Shown here: one piece after another, positions 61,520 to 64,000 of the stretch
How the letters are laid out: each line of letters begins with the position of its first letter
Position numbering within the stretch: position 1 is the stretch's first letter
Source of the DNA: Mobula hypostoma
Taxonomy: Eukaryota
Assembly: GCF_963921235.1 (NCBI RefSeq)
Contig: NC_086118.1
Location: forward strand, 16,928,001 to 16,992,000
DNA length: 64,000 bases
Direction: 5' to 3'
The notes under the pieces: generated by a model
What the model saw: the letters and a program-made list of their open reading frames with translations, nothing else
Told to the model about the DNA's origin: nothing
The model's database searches: none
Translations under genes and position numbers: made by a program

Positions 61520-64000
61520 ATCATTATCATCGTCATCAGGTGCCATGCAGAGTTTGACCTTCGACTGCCATGACCCACACACTCCTGTTTCGGGTCAAGT
61601 GGATCAATTCTTTGGTATTCATTTCCAGTTCTCTGGCTGCTGTCTCCACCATCATTTGTCTTTCTCTTCCTCTTGCTTTCTTCCCTTCAATCTTTCCCAT
61701 AATTACCTTGCATTCTAACTCCTCTTTACTAATCACATGTCCAATGAAGTTACGTTGCCTTTTCATGATCTCATACATTATTTCTCTTTTTGTGTTTGCT
61801 CTGTTCATGACATTCTCGTTAGATATTCTTTTCATCCATGATATTCTTTGCATTCTCCTCAAAAACCACATCTCTGCTGCTACAATTCGTAAAGGTGTCT
61901 TTTGCCATCCCTATTCTTCTTTTAATGTCCAAGTCACACCTGCCATCTGATGTCACCCAGCTTTCTAAGTAGCGAAAGTTCTGTACTTGTTTTATGTCTT
62001 CCCCGTTTATTCTCAGCCTGCAGATAGGATTCTCCTTCTTTTTGGATATCACCATACATTCTGTCTTTTCACAATTGATAAATAGACCCATTTCTGCACT
62101 TTCTTCAACAATTATATCGATTAAATTTTGTAGTTCTTTCTCCGTACTTGCAATTAACACCGTGTCATCTGCATATCTGAAATTATTGATGTTTTCACCA
62201 CCAACTTTGATTGCCAAGATGTCTCTTATTTTTTGTAATATTGTTTCATTGTACACATTAAATAAATCAGGGGAGAAAACACACACTTGTCTAACGCCTC
62301 TCTTGATTTTCGTAAACTGACTCACTTCTCCATCTATTCTTACAGTGACAATTTGTTCCCAGTACAGATTTCTGATTAGGTGGAGGTCTTTCAAATCTAG
62401 ATCTAGAGTTTTCTGTAATATTTCAAATAACTTATTGTGCTTCACTTTATAAAATGTTTTTGTGTAGTCAATAAAACAAACAAATCTTTTTGCACTTGAA
62501 TAGCTCGTTCTGATAGTATCCTTAACATCAATATTGCATTTCTTGTGCCTTTGTCTTCCACAAAACCACACTGTTCTTTGCCTATTTCCGCTTGTATCTT
62601 ACTTTTAGCTCTTGTCATCAAAATGCTTAGAAGTATCCTGGTGATATGACTCATGAAACTTATGGTCCTATGTAATTCACATTCTATTGCTCCAGGTTTC
62701 TTAGGAAGAGTAATAAATACTGATTTTTTCATCTCTTCTGGTATTATTCCAGTCTCATAAATGTCATTGATTAAATCAGTAAGTTTTTCAATTCCACAAT
62801 CTTCAAGGGCGATAATTTGTTCTATTACTAATTCATCAGGACCTGCTGCCTTTCCTTTCTTCATCTTATTTATTGCATTATGAACTTCAGATTTTAAAAT
62901 ACTTGGACCTTCAATGTTTTTCTTAATTTCTGGTTTTTTGCCTCGATCGTCTTCAAACAATTCCTGAATATACTCAGTTCATCTGTTCATAATCTCATTT
63001 TTTTCCATGAAAATGGTACCATCCTTTGCTTTCAAACATCCACCTGAAGAACAGAGGAGCTTTTTACCAGTGATATTCTTGATTTGTTTTGGATCAGTAA
63101 CAGGGATTCTTTCTATTTGCTCACATTCCTGGTTTTACCATTCTTCTTTGGCTTTTTGACATAAGCTTTTAACTTTTTTATCTAAGGACTTATATTCTAT
63201 AGGATTTGCTTTCCTCTGTCTCTTTTCTTCCATTAGATTTTTGATTTCATCTGTCATCCATTTATTCTTTGTGCTTTTTTCTTTTTTAGGAATCACTGAC
63301 TTTGCTGATTCTACCAAGGCATCCTTTAGAGAATTAAATTTAATTTCTACATGATTGCTATGATCTTTAACAGATTCTATTTCTAGACTTTGAAATCTAT
63401 TCCTTACTTCAATTGTAAATTTTTGTCTTAAGTTTTCTTCTTTAATTAATTGCAAGTAGTCAAGGGATTGTTCAGGTTTTTGCTTCTTTAGTTTTTTAAG
63501 TTCTACTTTTACATGACATACTACTGGGTTATGGTCACTATTAAGGTCTGCACCGGGATATGTTTTGCATTGAGTCACTGAGTTTCTAAATCTTTGGTTT
63601 ATAGTAATAAAGTCAATTTGATTTCTGGTGTTATCACCTGGACTTCACCAGGTCCACAAGCGTTTTGGATGGTTTTTAAAGTAGGCACTGTATTCATAAT
63701 GACCTGATTATTCATCTTGCACCATTCTACCCATTTCTCACCTCTTTCATTTCTTTCCCCAATCCAAATTTTCCTATGGTATTTCCATCAGCACCTTGTC
63801 CTACTTTAGCATTTAGATCTCCCATGACAATAACAATATCTTAAGATTTGCATCCATTCTTTGCTTGTTCAAGCTCTTCATAGAATTTAACTATATCCTC
63901 ATTTTTTCCATCTGTTGTTGGTGCATATACCTGCATATTTGCTAAATCAAATGGTTGTCCTCTGAATCTAACAAGGAGCACTCTTTCTGATATTGCCCAA
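61520..64000 (-). mobile_element. RTE-clade LINE (EN + RT), frameshifted, continuing beyond the window
   Basis: Minus ORFs: TYPGADLNSDHNPV (EN), KAAGPD, CELHRTISFMSH, CFIDYTKTF, GVRQVCVFSPDLFN, NNFRYADDTVL, EMWFLRRMQRISW, GKIEGKKARGR; (GAT)n-type tail at 61520-61538. Confidence 0.95.

Noticed and set aside
1..64000. CRISPR array, operon, or prokaryotic defence/retron system
   Set aside because: No repeat-spacer array or gene-dense organisation. All RT, nuclease and integrase ORFs belong to eukaryotic TE families.

Overview
Vertebrate, transposon-rich non-coding DNA with no host protein-coding gene I can support. The repeat complement (HE1/V-SINE-like SINEs with CR1 tails, Penelope elements, Rex1/Babar, CR1, RTE) points to a cartilaginous fish, probably a ray; this is inference. 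Contents: (1) a young 5'-truncated CR1 LINE with a single frameshift (2058-4889) and many older CR1, Rex/Babar and RTE fragments, including a large minus-strand RTE running off the window end; (2) a three-layer nest in which a Gypsy LTR element (34600-42455) carries a hAT transposon and a Tc1 element; (3) a Tigger/pogo element with a nested hAT; (4) a non-autonomous Helitron with an open four-repeat STPR-like ORF; (5) tRNA-derived SINEs; (6) about 12 Penelope-derived pieces. Most notable: minimal type-I hammerhead ribozyme motifs in the Penelope termini (two with an intact core), short fold-back Penelope mini-insertions with target-site duplications, a near-perfect REST/NRSF (RE1) site inside the hAT, and two CORE-type SINEs with a shared head but different tails. 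Family names come from motifs recognised by eye, not database searches, and boundaries of old fragments are approximate.
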